Notes under the pieces: generated by a model | The model's input: the letters and a program-made list of their open reading frames with translations, nothing else | What the model was told of the DNA's origin: nothing | Database searches by the model: none | In this document: positions 37,583 to 51,065 of the stretch, piece after piece | How the letters are laid out: each line of letters opens with the position of its first letter | Position numbering within the stretch: position 1 is the stretch's first letter | Assembly: GCA_950097015.1 (NCBI GenBank) | Contig: CATNEN010000031.1 | Location: forward strand, 248,001 to 312,000 | Source: Macrostomum hystrix | Taxonomy: Eukaryota; Animalia; Platyhelminthes | Reading direction: 5' to 3' | Length of the DNA: 64,000 bases | Translations under genes and position numbers: made by a program

Positions 37583-38504
37583 GGCTGTTAGCTAGCAGCG
37601 AGCTGAAATGAATTCAGTGCAACTCCTAAATTAACAGTAGCAGTGTACTAAATAAATAATTTCATTACAGAAAGCTAGAATACTTTGTTCATTTTCAAAT
37701 AATGTAAGGCCTGTGAATAGACTAAGAATTGGATGTACAATCTCATTTGTATTATCTTTTAATTTATCTTTTTATAATTCTCTTTGAAGAGAGAGCACAC
37801 TTAAATAAGAAAATAAGACAAGTGTCTGTATCCTGACATATGTCAAGATGTGTATGACATTTTGCCAGATAGATTAAGTACAAGGTAACAGCACCCAAAT
37901 ATTACCATTCGGTAAACTTAACAAAAGTTAAGCAAATAAGCAAATAAAGCTAACTTTAAATGAGAATAAAGTATGTTAAACTATGTGACTCATTGTCAAT
38001 ACCCACTGAATAAAATATGATGAAGCATCTCTACTATATTTTATTTAGGGAGATTAGGGAGGCTAAGTTGGGCTAAGAAAAAGAAAACTGTACTTTGTCA
38101 ATTTGTTATAGTCTAGAAAGAATATATGCTATACATGGACGAACTATACATGTATGATTTGATTAGTTCATCAAAAAGTTGGCAATGAGCAAACCAAATG
38201 ACAATTAAGCAAAAGCAACCTGAATGCTTATGTCAAAGTATGGCATGGAATTTTCCATCATTTTCCATCGTTTTCCATGGCCATAACTGGCTTGGCAGCA
38301 TCTGAAGAGCAGAAAAAATCGCAGCAACATTTCTAACCTTCACTAGTGACTTCAATCAGACAATATTTCCTAGCTTCCAACTGAGAATGGCTAGACAGCA
38401 ACCTAGACCTCCATGGATTGTGCCTCCCAACGAAATTCTGCCAGCTCAAGCACTGACAAAGCTCAACCTCAACTAAAGGGACCTAATGTCAGTAACACAA
38501 AATG

Positions 38505-38870
38505 TGGATGAGAGTTTGCATTGGCTTGCGTGGCATGGACTGCTCAGCAATCAGTGGACATACCCATGTGCTATGTGTAAGCAGAAGAATCTACAGCACA
38601 AGGGCGACGAATGGTATATTGACAGCTATGCCAGGGACTGCAAAATTTGTTCCCACCAGGAGAGTATACACAAGGGCTCTTTCTTTGAGGCCAGCCACCT
38701 TGATCTGCAACAGCTGATCACCCTACTGCTCTGCTGGGCCAAGAATGAGTCAATGTCAGCAGTTATGTATGAGTGCCACATTAGCAGCCACAGTGCCATC
38801 AACTGGCTCAAACTTGTTCAAGATATCTGCTGCGAGTATTTTGTGGACTATCAGATGCAGTTGGGCGGCC
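38505..38870 (+). pseudogene. Merlin (IS1016/ISXO2-like) transposase N-terminal remnant
   Basis: WLAWHGLL..CAMC..C..C..SIHKGSFFEASHLDL..WLKLVQDIC..QLGGP, truncated before the first catalytic Asp (VEIDE region). Confidence 0.72.
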
Positions 38871-39757
38871 CTGCACTGTTTGCCTGCTGTTTTGTTCTGT
38901 TTACATGCATTTAGCACAATTTTTAATTAAAAAAAGAATTTTGCAAACAGAATATACATGAGCAACACCTGGCCGAGTGAAACGAGGGCCAAGCAAGGTA
39001 AAGTCACAAAAACCAATTGACCAAGCACAAAAAAATCAGAGGGGGGACCAAGCATACATGTGCAACCTCCCAAATCTTAGCCGGCCGTGCGACTTTGTTC
39101 ATTTCATTGCTCTATTTATGACTTAGTTTGCTCTCATTTGCTCCATTTTTCTCTCCCCTTTTTCCTTTTCTTCACACCTTTTTTGCGCTTAGTTGATTGG
39201 TTTCTGCAACTTACCTTGCTGGCCCTTGTTTCACCTGGCTGGTTCGGCCGGGTGTTGCACATGTATGGGACCAAGGGACAAAAAAGGAAAGCGTGAAGAA
39301 AAGGAAAAAGTGTAGAGAAAAAGAGAGCAAATGAGAGCAAACTAAGTCGTAAATAGAGCAATGAAACAAACTAAGTCGCAAATGAGAGCAAACTAAGTCA
39401 TAAATAGAGCAAAAAAAATTTAATTTTTAAATTTAAATTAAAATTTTTTAATTTAAATTGATTTGATTTGACATTGTACAATATATACTACCTACTGTCA
39501 TGGTACTATATACAACCATTGTCACCTTCAACAATAGGCAGAGTACAACTTTTGCAATGCCAATTCTACTTGTTATTTTAAGTGCTCCACTTAGAGACTA
39601 GGCCAAAAAATTTGTCACCAAAATTCTTGGTATTTTTATCAAAATGTTAAATGTGTAGCTATCAATAAAATATAATTACCTGCATCCATTCCTAATGGCC
39701 TCTGCCATAGCCTAACAAAGAGAAATGTTTATGTTTATGTACACATGGAGTATAGTC

Positions 39758-40241
39758 GGCAATGTTCTACTTCCATTCATTATATTATTTTTTCATTTGT
39801 ATTCGTGCCACACGTGGATTCTGAGTTTGAAAAAGTTGTGCTGATGTGGCTTTGCCGTGACTTGACACTTGGATCTATGTCTATGGCAAAATCTGGCAAA
39901 TATGGGGGAACAGGAAGCTAAAGCACAGAAATTCTGCAGCTGAAGATTTTGCGAAGGCCAAGCTGCGTCAAATGCATGGCACAAGTTCTGCTCTATTCAA
40001 AAGCCACCTCAAAGAATTCTTATGGCGCCGTCTATACCCCAAGAATAGCTTCAGTGCCCTCCTCTACTGGATTAGGCACTATTATACCCAGTTTGAAAGA
40101 AGAAAGACTGACCAAGACTTTTCAGAACTGTGTGACCAAACTACTGACTTTTTGTTACCATTAAACTTGTTTTTTGTCATTATCTGACATTTGCAAACAA
40201 AAAAATAATATAGGCCTAACAAACGGAAGTAGAACATTGCC
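39758..40241 (+). mobile_element. Non-autonomous Merlin element carrying the transposase C-terminus
   Basis: Perfect 17-bp TIRs GGCAATGTTCTACTTCC / GGAAGTAGAACATTGCC; 8-bp TSD gtatagtc/atatagtc (7 of 8 match); internal HGTSSALFKSHLKEFLWRRLY..FSALLYWIRHYY. Confidence 0.85.
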
Positions 40242-43200
40242 ATATAGTCATATAGACTCAGCTATATTTGAGCCTAGTATTAGGCCTAATGCCTTAAAAA
40301 GCACAATGGCAATGTACCTGATTCTATACCCACATGACTAGGTCTATCTAAATGTAAATGAGCAAGGTCTACAAATCTACAAATATTTATTATAGGGCCT
40401 AATTTATAGGGGTCTAGCTACTACCAATAGCAAAATATTCAGACATGTTTAGACATTCACCTGAAGCTCATATACAAATTTTGAATACTATTGAAGGCGC
40501 TGATGGCCAGACAACAAACTTAGGCATAGGCCTAGCTTATTAGCAACTCCTAGGGATGTGGTAGGCCCTAGTATGGAACAAATTCGTGAACATTCGTGAA
40601 CAAGCCACAAATGGCATTAGGCCTAACAACTTGTTGTAACTTGATTAAGGAAAGACTTAACTTAGGGACCTAGCTACTATTTATTTCAACTTGATTACAA
40701 ATACTTTGGCCCCGAATACTTTTCGTAAGGACTACGGGCCCTAAGGGCCATCGAACAATTGAATATTGTCTTAACTCTTAACCAAACATTTTTCTCTATT
40801 TAAGAAGAAACTGCTTTCGAAAAGTGACGCTAGCGACGCATATTTTTTACTATACTAGGCCTAGTTGAAGATGACGAAACTAAACGACTAGGTAATGCAC
40901 ATATAAGCTTCCGAGTCACTTATTAGTCCTGCAATACGTCTAAGAATGCTCTAGTGGCGGCCATAATTAAAATAATACTTTTAAATTTTAAAATAAACAA
41001 ATCAGTAAAAGTACTTAATAAAACCCGAAAGCGTTGATTTTTATTTACTCTTTGCATTTCTAATTGTAATTGGCTTTTCATTAGGCCAATCTTGCTTAAA
41101 CTTTGTTTCTTTCACGTTAACATGCCTTGCACAGCGTGATAAGAGTAACGTCGGATCTTTGCCATGAGAGGACCACAAGGGCCACTACAGTAAAAACTAA
41201 AACTGGTCCTTGCAATGAAGTACGACTGCTATATTGTAGTATCATTTTGCATGTATCACTAGGAATAGGAGCTAAGGATGACTCGAGCACATACATGTGT
41301 TTACTTCGTACGTAATCCCTATATGTCTCATATATGGTATGTCACTTGTCACTTTCCTGTTATTGCAGCGGTTTACGATCCTTATAACCTGTATCTATTG
41401 TTGGGGCCTGGTGACTACGAATAATTTCTAATTTCTTAGAGAAGTGCGTACATAGGCTGTCTCTTTTTGGACACTCATCGACCTTGGAACGTCTAATTTG
41501 AATTGTGCTGCATCCCTTTAGGAATCCCCTATGCATGCAAATGTCCTCTTTCTTGCTGAAGCATCTATACTCCCTGAGAATACCGGCCTTATACTACCAG
41601 AGTCAGTAGCTTCGGCCACTGACCTTGGAGAGTTGAGTAAATCCTCTTTCAAGAGCTAGCGGAAGCCTTGTTTTGTCACAGTCCATTGAATTGTGCTGTC
41701 CCGGAGGTGGCTGCCGCATGGTGGCAGCCCTGTTAGCAGGTTCTACCTTTCCACAACCCTGGCCTGTTCCACTTGGCCCCAATAAGATTTTGGCTACTCA
41801 GTCATGCACACCAAAATGCTACTCTAATATCCATGAGCGGTAGATTGTAAAGGATCAGATGAGGCCCGGTTCTCCCCTTGTTTGCTCCCTGGGAGTCGTT
41901 ATCGCCTGCAGGAGCGTAAGGCTTTAGAAGGCGACATCATACTGCACTGCACATGCAGGCTGCCTGGCGATCGATCTCTCGAGCGGTATACTGACTCTGC
42001 TACTGAGATCGGAGAAATTATAGCTGTCTTACTGAGCAAAAGTTACTAATAAATTGTTTTCGACATTTTGCTTGCCACAGAATGGAAAGGATCTTCCAGA
42101 ATATGGGAAGAATGATGCGTGCAAAATGGATGATATGATAATGGGTTTTTAATAAGTATATTTGTAAAAGAAAATAAAAGTCTTTTGTATTTAGTTTCAA
42201 AATAAAGAATCATTAAACTTCTGTATTCTGTAAGCAGGAAAAAACTGAAGGAGCATGAGCTAAGCATGTTGTAAACAAGGACTCCTCTTCTTCTTGGTCC
42301 TTGCTTGTTATGATATGAACCTTACATCTGATCAGGTAACTACACGCTATCTCGAAATGCCTCGATGATCTTAACAAATTGGATACTTATTTTTACTTTT
42401 TTGTAATGAACAGTTGTTTTTGTCGATAGATATAAATTTTATTGATTGCATACTTCTAGTTATAAATTAATACAAGATGTTAACTGTTTAAGCTGTAAAT
42501 TATTATTTGTCGATTCATCTCTTACATTTAAAAAGTTATTTAAAAAACGAGTCGACATTTTACTTTGTTGTAAATCACTCACATTGCGTGCATATCCCTA
42601 AATTGCGGAGGCAATGGAGACAAAAACAGTTGATAGCTATTGCTCGTACAGTGTGTGCAGGTCTAATAAACTTCATGATATTTAAGGACTTCTGTTTTTC
42701 TGTTTGATTGTTTTACGAAATTAAAAATTTGTTGTGATGCAACAAATCAACAATAACGAAAACCGCAATTACTGAATAACAGTCAATTGACAATTGTTTT
42801 TTAATTTTTAACTAAAAAATAAACTAAATTTGAGTCAATTAAAATTAACTTCTATGAATTTGGTGTCAATAAAAATGCTCCCAGATAAGTCCTAGGTCCT
42901 TTCTGTTTCTGTTTGCTGCTGTTTATCTTTAGGGCCTATCAAATTTTTCTCTTTTTGGTAAATTTTATTCAATAATGGAGGTCAATATATTACTTAATGC
43001 ATGCCAATCACCCAATCAGTAGCTATTGTTAATACTAAATCATACCACATCTAGCTTTATTAAATTTAGGTATTTAGTAATTATGAAATTATGACCAAAT
43101 TCCAAATTGTTTAGATGAAATTAGGGAAGTAGTCACAAAAAGCAACAGACCAGAGGCAAAAAATATCAAAGGGGTGCCAAGATACAAAGAGGGAAAGAAA

Positions 43201-45972
43201 GGACAAAGAAGCAAGAGAAAAACAGAAAAAAAATAAGAGAGGAAGAGAAGAACAGAGAAGACAAGGTTATGAAATTTGGGGTAAAGAAGCATAAATAAAG
43301 CAAAGAAACAAAGTTAGCTGTTGTCAAGAGAAAACTAAGTCTGAGGAGGGAAAACTAAATTGCAGATAAGGAAAAACAAAACTGCAGTTAAGAAGGTGAG
43401 GAAAAATGAAGTCATAGACAAGAGAAAACTAACTGGCAATTAGGGAAAAAATAAGTCACAGATCAGAGAAAACTAAGTCTCAGTCCAGGGAAAACTAAGT
43501 TGCAGATGATGGAAAATGTAGTCGCTGTTAAGGGTGTGAGAGTGCACTAATGTGCAGTTGTCGACAAGGAGATAATGGAAAACAATGTCATAGACAAGAG
43601 AAAACTTAGTCACAGATAAGGGAAAATAAGTAACAGATATAAGAATTATCTGTGCTCCTTAAAGGAGGGCAAAACAAACTGCAATTATGTTTTCTCTTTC
43701 TACAACTTTGTTCACTTTTGTTTTTTACATCTTAATTTTAATGATTTTTTAATCAAACTAATCTGCCACAATATATGTTGCATTTTTTGGTTCAAAACTA
43801 ACTTGCATAGCTGGCTGAGATTCTGGAGGTTGCCTATTTGTGTAACAAATGGTTGGACCCAATTCATTCTCTTATTTCCATAGGGATATTGTGAAGAGGA
43901 TTCAAAGTGACATTCAAGTATATATATAGTCTAGTAGGCCCTACTTCAAATTAAAATGCTATGCTACTTAATAATTGAGGGGTCAGTAGCAGTGCATTTG
44001 CCTTTTGCACAAAGGTCACTAAGCTTGATTAAGTGCTATATTCATTTGGGGTACAACCATTCAAAAGGAATTGAATTTCTAGGTAATGCACATATTTCCT
44101 AGAAATATGTTTCGTTTCGAGGCTTTTTGCCACATACACATTTGGTGGCAAATCTGCAAAGTAAAATAAAGTGTACAGTGCCTGACAAAAAAGTCAGGGC
44201 ATATGTAGACACCTGTGTGAGGCATGAGCATGTGCTTGTGTCGTAGGGTTTAGGTGTATAGGTCTATATATCTTTTCCTACAATGATTAGTTTCTTAATA
44301 ATTTTAATCTACTTATTCTTTTATTTGCTGGCAAAAATATGAGTTTCTAACTCTTAATGGTAGCACATTGAATTGGATTGATTGAATTGGTAGCAGTTTT
44401 TATATTATGACCAAGTTGAGTTATTCCACTTATAACAAAATGATAATTATTTATTCTTATTAATTTAGTTAGGCTGCTCTGTTTATAGTCTTATAGTTAG
44501 CTTATTAGGTGTTTCTAATGATCTAAGTATTATAGCTTTCTTCCTAGGCCTTTAATATTTTACAGAAATGACTAACACAATAATCCTCTTATATAATTTT
44601 TTATATAGTAAAACACACCAAGTTTGTATTAATAGACTTGAATAGTTGTCAAGCTAGAGCAGTTTGCTTTTTCCATTCTCTTTTCTCATGTATTTATACT
44701 AAAATTCAAGTCATCACTCATATCAGATAAACAAAATTGTTGGGCAGATTATAACTCAATATTTGGGTGCAGTTAAACAAAATATATAGTACAGAAAATT
44801 GAAACAAAATTATTTTAGTTTCTAGGAAATCATGTTTTTTGGTTTTAAATTGAAACAAAAAGGATATTTTTGTGCCCTGAACACTTGCATACAGTATCTA
44901 TGTGCTCACTACGGTCTACAGTCTATGGTCACCAAATGATCTGCCATTGTCCATGTCCTCCTGTATTATTTTTATGCTTATTAATAAACATATGAAGTTG
45001 TTGAAAAGAACAGGACTTTCTTAATTATATATTTTATACTTTTCATATATAATTCATATATAATAGCCTAGTGAGTTAACAGTGACACCCCTAGTTCATT
45101 GGAAAGTTCTGCCAATTCCATGTGCTAAGAAATAATTAATATAGAAAAGCTTGGCAATACTGATGCTTTTGAAATTTTGTGATGTGTTAATGTGTGGATA
45201 GCTGGTAATTGGCAGATTAATATATTCTTATTCACTTATCACAGTTATAGTTGGAAACAACTAGCATGGTGAAATAGTTTGTGGGGTAGGTGAGGCATAC
45301 TTAAGGTATGTAGTGTAGTATAACTAAGGGTGGGACTAGCTGGCAGAGTTATCAATAAATGATTAGGGTGGGTTAGGTTAGAAGGGAGAATGCAAAGGCC
45401 TACAAGACAGAAAATAAAGAGATACTTATACTATAATAAACTTTTTCACATTATGAACTACTTAATAAACTTGCTGCACTTCTCTAAAATAGTTTTGTTG
45501 TTGGCTTCAAATATTATATATTTAGGCCATTCATTTATTGTCTAAACCTCAGAGTGAACAAAGCCTTTTAGCAAATGCCGAGTTATCTCAGTACCAGGTA
45601 TAATAGTTCCAGCCCAACATCAGACTTGTTGCTGTGGAGAACAGTGGCCTGCACAGTGGCACTGTAGGCATTGGCCTTACCCAGATTGATAGATTTGTTG
45701 AACTTGTTAGTGTTCTAATGGGGTAAACAAAGGCATTTGTGTGGCAGTTAAGGTGTAAATAAGGCATAAGTAGGAGCAAAGATGCAAATGTTAATAATTA
45801 AAAATTATTTAATTATTACTAAATAATTAATAATAATTAATAATAATAATTAAATAAGTAACTTTATTTGCAAGATGACTGAAATTTCAGAAACAGGAAA
45901 AGTTGCAAGGGGCTAGGTCAGGCAATTATTGTGAATGGGAGACCAGTTTTACTCTATTTTGCTCAGTGATGC

Positions 45973-46872
45973 AGTGTGAGTGCTGGCATTGTCCAATTGC
46001 AGCTAGAATCCTTGGGTTCCTGTGTTTGTTCACCTCTAACACCTCTGGCACCAAGGGCTAATGACTTGAGGAAGGCAGTAGCTGGTGTACTGTGCTGCAG
46101 TTACATTATAATTGTCCTCAATGGGCATCGACATCAGATAGCCAGTGATGGGGGCCACCATCTTCTTTCTGAAACTGCAACCAATCTCTGCAACTTGGTC
46201 AGATTGTCATCACTGTAAAAGCACCAGACTGTAGACTGACACTTTGTCTCTGGGTCATACTAGTACACCCAAGTCTCATCACCAAGTCTCAATGACAAAA
46301 ATCTTTCTTGATGCTCCTCCATGTACAAAAGCATGTATTTAAGAGAAAAAGCAACACAATTGCAACAACCAACAGGCAACATGTGCACAATGTGCCTTAG
46401 AAGTGTCATTCAGTAAGCCTCACATCCAAGCTCTTCTTTAATTTTTTAATGAACTAAAATTGGCTTGCATCTCATTGACTACTAAAGAACTCCACTCATT
46501 TTTTAAATTACCTACTATGCAATGAGCAACAAAAATTTATCAATAAAGAATGGGACTGATAAAAAGTTAATGCTAAAGTGATAATTTAACACTTTATTCA
46601 CTTAGCTCTAAGTTAGTACAAAACAGACTAAAACTACTTAAAAATTTTATTAAAGATACGCCTTACAATACACTAAAGCATGCTCTCTAATACTTTTTGG
46701 CCAGGACTATTAGTGGCTACAGATACTTATAATCTATATACGTGCGGTCTATAAAGCCAGTCACAGAACAAACGCAATATATGATTGTTCTTAAACAAAA
46801 ATATTGTTGCTTTTCAAAGTTTATTTAAAAGTTATGGGCCAGTTGCCAAAACTTTTTGCGCATCCCTTGTAT
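45973..46872 (-). mobile_element. Decayed mariner (Tc1/mariner) transposon
   Basis: Minus-strand remnants GDETWVY*YDPETKCQS, VTAAQYTSYCLPQV and LQLDNASTHTA. Candidate 5' end TACAAGGGATGCGC at ~46871. The other TIR was not found. Confidence 0.8.
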
Positions 46873-47292
46873 GATCAGAGCTCTATTAGATTATGTTTTG
46901 GCGGCAGCTTTTCTTAATAAAATCGAAAAATTAAAATAAGGCTTGCTAGCTTAATAGAATTGTTTCAATTTAGAGTTAAGCTTTAGCATAAGTCTGCTAC
47001 TCTGCTACTTACAGTAGTCTGGAAGAATTTATTATACTTTTCATCGACGCAAGGGTATTCTGCTTAGCTAGTTTTGATTGGCTGGCATTATTTTTATTGA
47101 CTTCGCGTCACTGCTTTCTAGGTCCTTTAAAAGGTCTATCCCAAAGTGGGCTCTTTATTTGGGATAAAATAATCATTGACAGACCTTGTTTGACGAAGCA
47201 TTCACTGTGCAATGAAGAGTCGCACGAAGGCGCTTGCAACTGCAGCATCGTGACAAGTTCTTGACTGTGTACTGGTTAAGAACGCAGGCAAA

Positions 47293-48666
47293 ATGTACTT
47301 TATTCGCACATACGACCACGAGGACCATCGATCTCGGACAGACTATCGTGGCCAAACTGTGGTGCCAAGTTTCACAATTGAAAGCCAGGAGCACAGCTGC
47401 TACTTGGAAGGCTGCCAGAGGGTGGTAATCAATGTGTCAGGCGAAGTGTTTGAAACGCAGCTCAAAACGCTCAATCGTTATCCTAATACTCTCCTCGGCA
47501 ATCAGTCCAAGCGTCTAGCCTTTTGGGATCGCGCTCGGTGTCATTATTTCTTTGATCGGCATCGGCCATCATTCCCAGCGATTCTAAACTTCTATCAAAC
47601 TGGAGGCAAGTTACGCAGGCCGCATGATGTGCCAGAAGATATTTTCTACGACGAATTAAAATTCTTTGAAATTGAAGAGAGTGTAATCCGAGATTTTTTG
47701 TTAACCGAGGGCTACACCATGCAAACCGTGCGCAAGATTGTACGCCCAACGTGGCGCACCAGGCTTTTCTCTGCATTCGAATATCCCGATTCGTCATTGA
47801 CCGCTAGAACACTAGCCATGTTCAACGTTGCCGTCATTGCGTTAAGTATTGCGCTATTTTGCCTGGAGACTTTGCCAACCAAAGCAGAAGCAAAGTGTCC
47901 CAGCTACGGGTCTTATAGACAGTTACGCTCTTATCAGCCGCTGACTGCGCCAGTGCCAACCACTTTACCTTCCTTGCTTGCTCAGAATCCAAAGAATTTC
48001 GGATTTACTTGGTTCTTCGTGCTAGAGACTTTATGTGTACTATGGTTTAGCGTGGAGTTTGCCATCCGACTACTGACTTATCCTTTTTCTCGACGGGCAT
48101 TTATGCTCTCACTGACCAACTGGCTAGACTTGGCTAGCATTGTACCGTTTATCGCCTCTGCTATTATCCTACATTTCGCTGTAGACTGCTACGACCAGTG
48201 CCAGAAAGATTCCATTTATCTTAACTTGCTTCGCTTTCTGAGAGTATTTAGAGTATTCAAGTTTTATAAATACGTGACTGGAATGCAAATCCTTGCCCGC
48301 ACTCTTCGCATGAGTTTTCGGGAGTTGACAATGTTTCTATTCTTTCTTACCATCTGCATCGTCTTGTTCGCCACAGCTATCTACTTTGCCGAGACTGGCA
48401 ACGATCGCCTGCAGTTCAACAGCATACCGGACTCGTTCTGGTGGGCAGTAATAAGCTTGTGCACAGTTGGCTATGGCGATTATGTGCCACGGAGTCTGCC
48501 TGGAAAGCTGGTTGGCGGAATCTGCGTAGTGGCGGGAGTCATGACTATCGCACTGCCTGTACCCGTTATTGTCACAAATTTCAATACTGTCTATCGCCAG
48601 GCATTACAGAAACGCTTTCGACCGGAGTTGACTAAGGAGAAATTGATACCAGAGCATAACAGCTAG
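47293..48666 (+). CDS. Voltage-gated K+ channel, Shaker/Kv1-like, intronless
   Basis: T1 domain (RVVINVSGEVFETQLKTLNRYPNTLLG, YFFDRHRPSFPAILNFYQTGGKLRRP), S4 LRFLRVFRVFKFYK, pore SIPDSFWWAVISLCTVGYGD, S6 IALPVPVIV. Confidence 0.96.
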   Translation: MYFIRTYDHEDHRSRTDYRGQTVVPSFTIESQEHSCYLEGCQRVVINVSGEVFETQLKTLNRYPNTLLGNQSKRLAFWDRARCHYFFDRHRPSFPAILNFYQTGGKLRRPHDVPEDIFYDELKFFEIEESVIRDFLLTEGYTMQTVRKIVRPTWRTRLFSAFEYPDSSLTARTLAMFNVAVIALSIALFCLETLPTKAEAKCPSYGSYRQLRSYQPLTAPVPTTLPSLLAQNPKNFGFTWFFVLETLCVLWFSVEFAIRLLTYPFSRRAFMLSLTNWLDLASIVPFIASAIILHFAVDCYDQCQKDSIYLNLLRFLRVFRVFKFYKYVTGMQILARTLRMSFRELTMFLFFLTICIVLFATAIYFAETGNDRLQFNSIPDSFWWAVISLCTVGYGDYVPRSLPGKLVGGICVVAGVMTIALPVPVIVTNFNTVYRQALQKRFRPELTKEKLIPEHNS

Positions 48667-48878
48667 AAACTTAACCTCGTTGCTTAAATAATTGATTCTA
48701 GTCGGATATAAAAAATAAAAAAACGCAAAATTTTTGTTTTTACATATCCAGAAACATAAATTTACGACTGAACCCAAGACACCTATGAAATCTGTTTCAG
48801 CTCTTGTGGCTGTTAACTTCTTCGTGAATTAGCAGATTTGATTGACTAAGAAAAGCATCAGTTTAATAATTGTACACA

Positions 48879-50587
48879 ATGGTTTCCGTTATCGACAAGA
48901 GTGCAGCTCAGGAGAGCGCGCCCATAAAGATCGATAAATGGGACGGTAATGCATTGAAGAACGCACTGGACGATGCCGCTAAAAAGGTAAGTGCTACTGT
49001 AGTGTTTCTTGTTTGTGCTCGCAGATTAAATGACATGACCTTTAGAGTTCTGGGCACTGTGAATGTCAACTATTGCTAATTATCTCTATTTCATTTCACT
49101 TTGTATTGTCGAGCTCGGTGATTATTAGTCAGTCCATCAAAACTATATTTGAACTGTCCCTCTAACTCAAAGCGAAGTCTATTTGAAAATTCTCTTTTGA
49201 CTGGCAGCCTTGTTTACACAATTTTGCTATTTATTTTCGCCTATTCCACGCATGTCCGAATAGTTTTAAGTGCACACGGTACACTTGTATTATCGACACA
49301 CTGTATCACTGCCGCAGTTGGTTGACTGCGCGCAAATATTTAGTAGAGCTGACTATTTCCTCAGTCAAAGGGTGCTCAGTAGTTCACGCAATGGCGTAGT
49401 GCGCTTTGATAAGACTTCAGTTCCATCTGATTAGGCATCGTCAGCACCGCTGCTGCGCTGCATCTAGTTCTGTTTGCGAATCGCAGTTTGCCAAAGTTGA
49501 TTATGCATACCTTATTTTGCAATAAGTCTCTTTAGTATTGGCAAGTAATGGCTATTAGAATGCAAAACATCACTGATACAATACTGATTTGCTTAAGTGT
49601 GGTTTCGGTTCTCGCCCATTGGCTCGTGAAATTGCATTGATTTGACTTTACCAAAACATTGTAGATGGGATTTCCCTTTATAGCTAGTACCAAAACGGCT
49701 GGGTCTTCGCACCGATAATACGCCAGTATTTTCATATTTTTTGCCATCATTCTGTATTAGTTAAACAATTTCACGGGCCTATGTTTTTACTATTTTTATT
49801 TTTTAAGATAGCTCTGTTCAGAGTTTTTTGACCACATTATGAGGCATTATGACCATAAGGTATGGTCATGAGCACACTAGGACAAGGTGTTATGAGCACA
49901 CTGGGACAATGTGTTATGAGCACACTAGTACAAGACGTTATGGATAATCCCATGTGACCAAACCCTAATCGTAATCATTGAGTACAAATGCTGAACCTCC
50001 TGCATAACAAATCTCAACAGATTATGAATGAAAGCTATGGTTTTGTTGAAAGCTTCAAGCTCATAGACGGCCGCCTGGCCCTGTGCTCACTGGCTGTCAG
50101 CTGCTCGCTGTTCGCCCTGCTCTGGGACTACCTGTACCCTTTTCCGGCCTCTAAGACAGTTCTAATCGTCTGCGTGGCCCTGTATTTCATCCTAACTGGC
50201 GTTATTTCTGTCTACTTGCTCTACATTGAGGGCGGCGTGTTCTATGTCGGTCTGGAAAAGGACAAGGCCGGCATTGACCCAGACGATCGGTGGACTCTGC
50301 AGTCGTCGCTTAAAAAGTGAGTCTGATGAATGAATGAATCTACCACTACTTTGTCCAATCAGCACGCATTATCACCGGCAAATATTTTGTATAATGCCAG
50401 GTATGACGACAAGTACTCCTTGAAGATCGCTTACACTGGCGGCCTATCAAAACAGACTCGCAGTGTTGAAAAAGTCGCCTCCGTGACAGAATTCTTCGAC
50501 GAAGAGGGCACCCTGTGCTACGATCTGTACGAGACAATGGTCAAGCGGCTTAAAGATAGTCTAAGTGCCGACAAGAAGACCAAGTAG
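48879..50587 (+). CDS. SPCS2: Signal peptidase complex subunit 2; exons 48879-48986, 50021-50316, 50401-50587
   Basis: KIDKWDGNALKNALDDAAKK|IMNESYGFVESFKLIDGRLALC...YPFPASK...SSLKK|YDDKYSL...FFDEEG. GT-AG junctions in phases 0 and 2 keep the frame. Confidence 0.95.
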
Positions 50588-50709
50588 TCACACTTTGGCT
50601 TTTTTGCTGGGTTATCCTGTACCCTGGTCATCTTCATCAAAACTGTACGGACTAGTTAAATATTAGTGCGTTATAAATCATGCACACAATGGATATAAAG
50701 TTAAATCAG

Positions 50710-51065
50710 ACCTGCCATCCCAGATTGATCTGCCATCCTAGATCCCAGATTGATCTGCCATCCTAGATCCCAGATTGATCTGCCATCTTAGATCCCAGAT
50801 TGATCTGCCATCCTAGATCCCAGATTGATCTGCCATCTTAGATCCCAGATTGATCTGCCATCCTAGATCCCAGATTGATCTGCCATCCTAGATCCCAGAT
50901 TGATCTGCCATCCTAGATCCCAGATTGATCTGCCATCCTAGATCCCAGATTGATCTGCCATCCTAGATCCCAGATTGATCTGCCATCCTAGATCCCAGAT
51001 TGATCTGCCATCCTAGATCCCAGATTGATCTGCCATCCTAGATCCCAGATTGATCTGCCATCCTT
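50710..51065. repeat. 25-bp minisatellite (GATCCCAGATTGATCTGCCATCCTA)n
   Basis: About 14 tandem copies. Confidence 0.96.

Noticed and set aside
35321-37611. Plus-strand ORFs over INCENP, and similar antisense ORFs over scramblase, GPCR, NOSIP, PIGU and the LINEs
   Set aside because: These are shadow ORFs of GC-rich or low-complexity coding sequence with no recognisable motifs.
41400-42010. GC-richer island in an AT-rich region, possibly an old TE fragment
   Set aside because: No recognisable protein motif, TIR or TSD in the minus-strand frame I translated; the other frames were not checked systematically.
45560-45780. Continuation of the mariner transposase or its 3' TIR
   Set aside because: No HPPYSPDL-like motif and no reverse match to the candidate TIR were found.
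49850-49945. Short degenerate tandem repeats (24-bp in SPCS2 intron 1; ~35-bp at 30895-31030; GGATAA-rich at 15245-15375)
   Set aside because: Real but only 3-8 diverged copies, and ordinary for this sequence.
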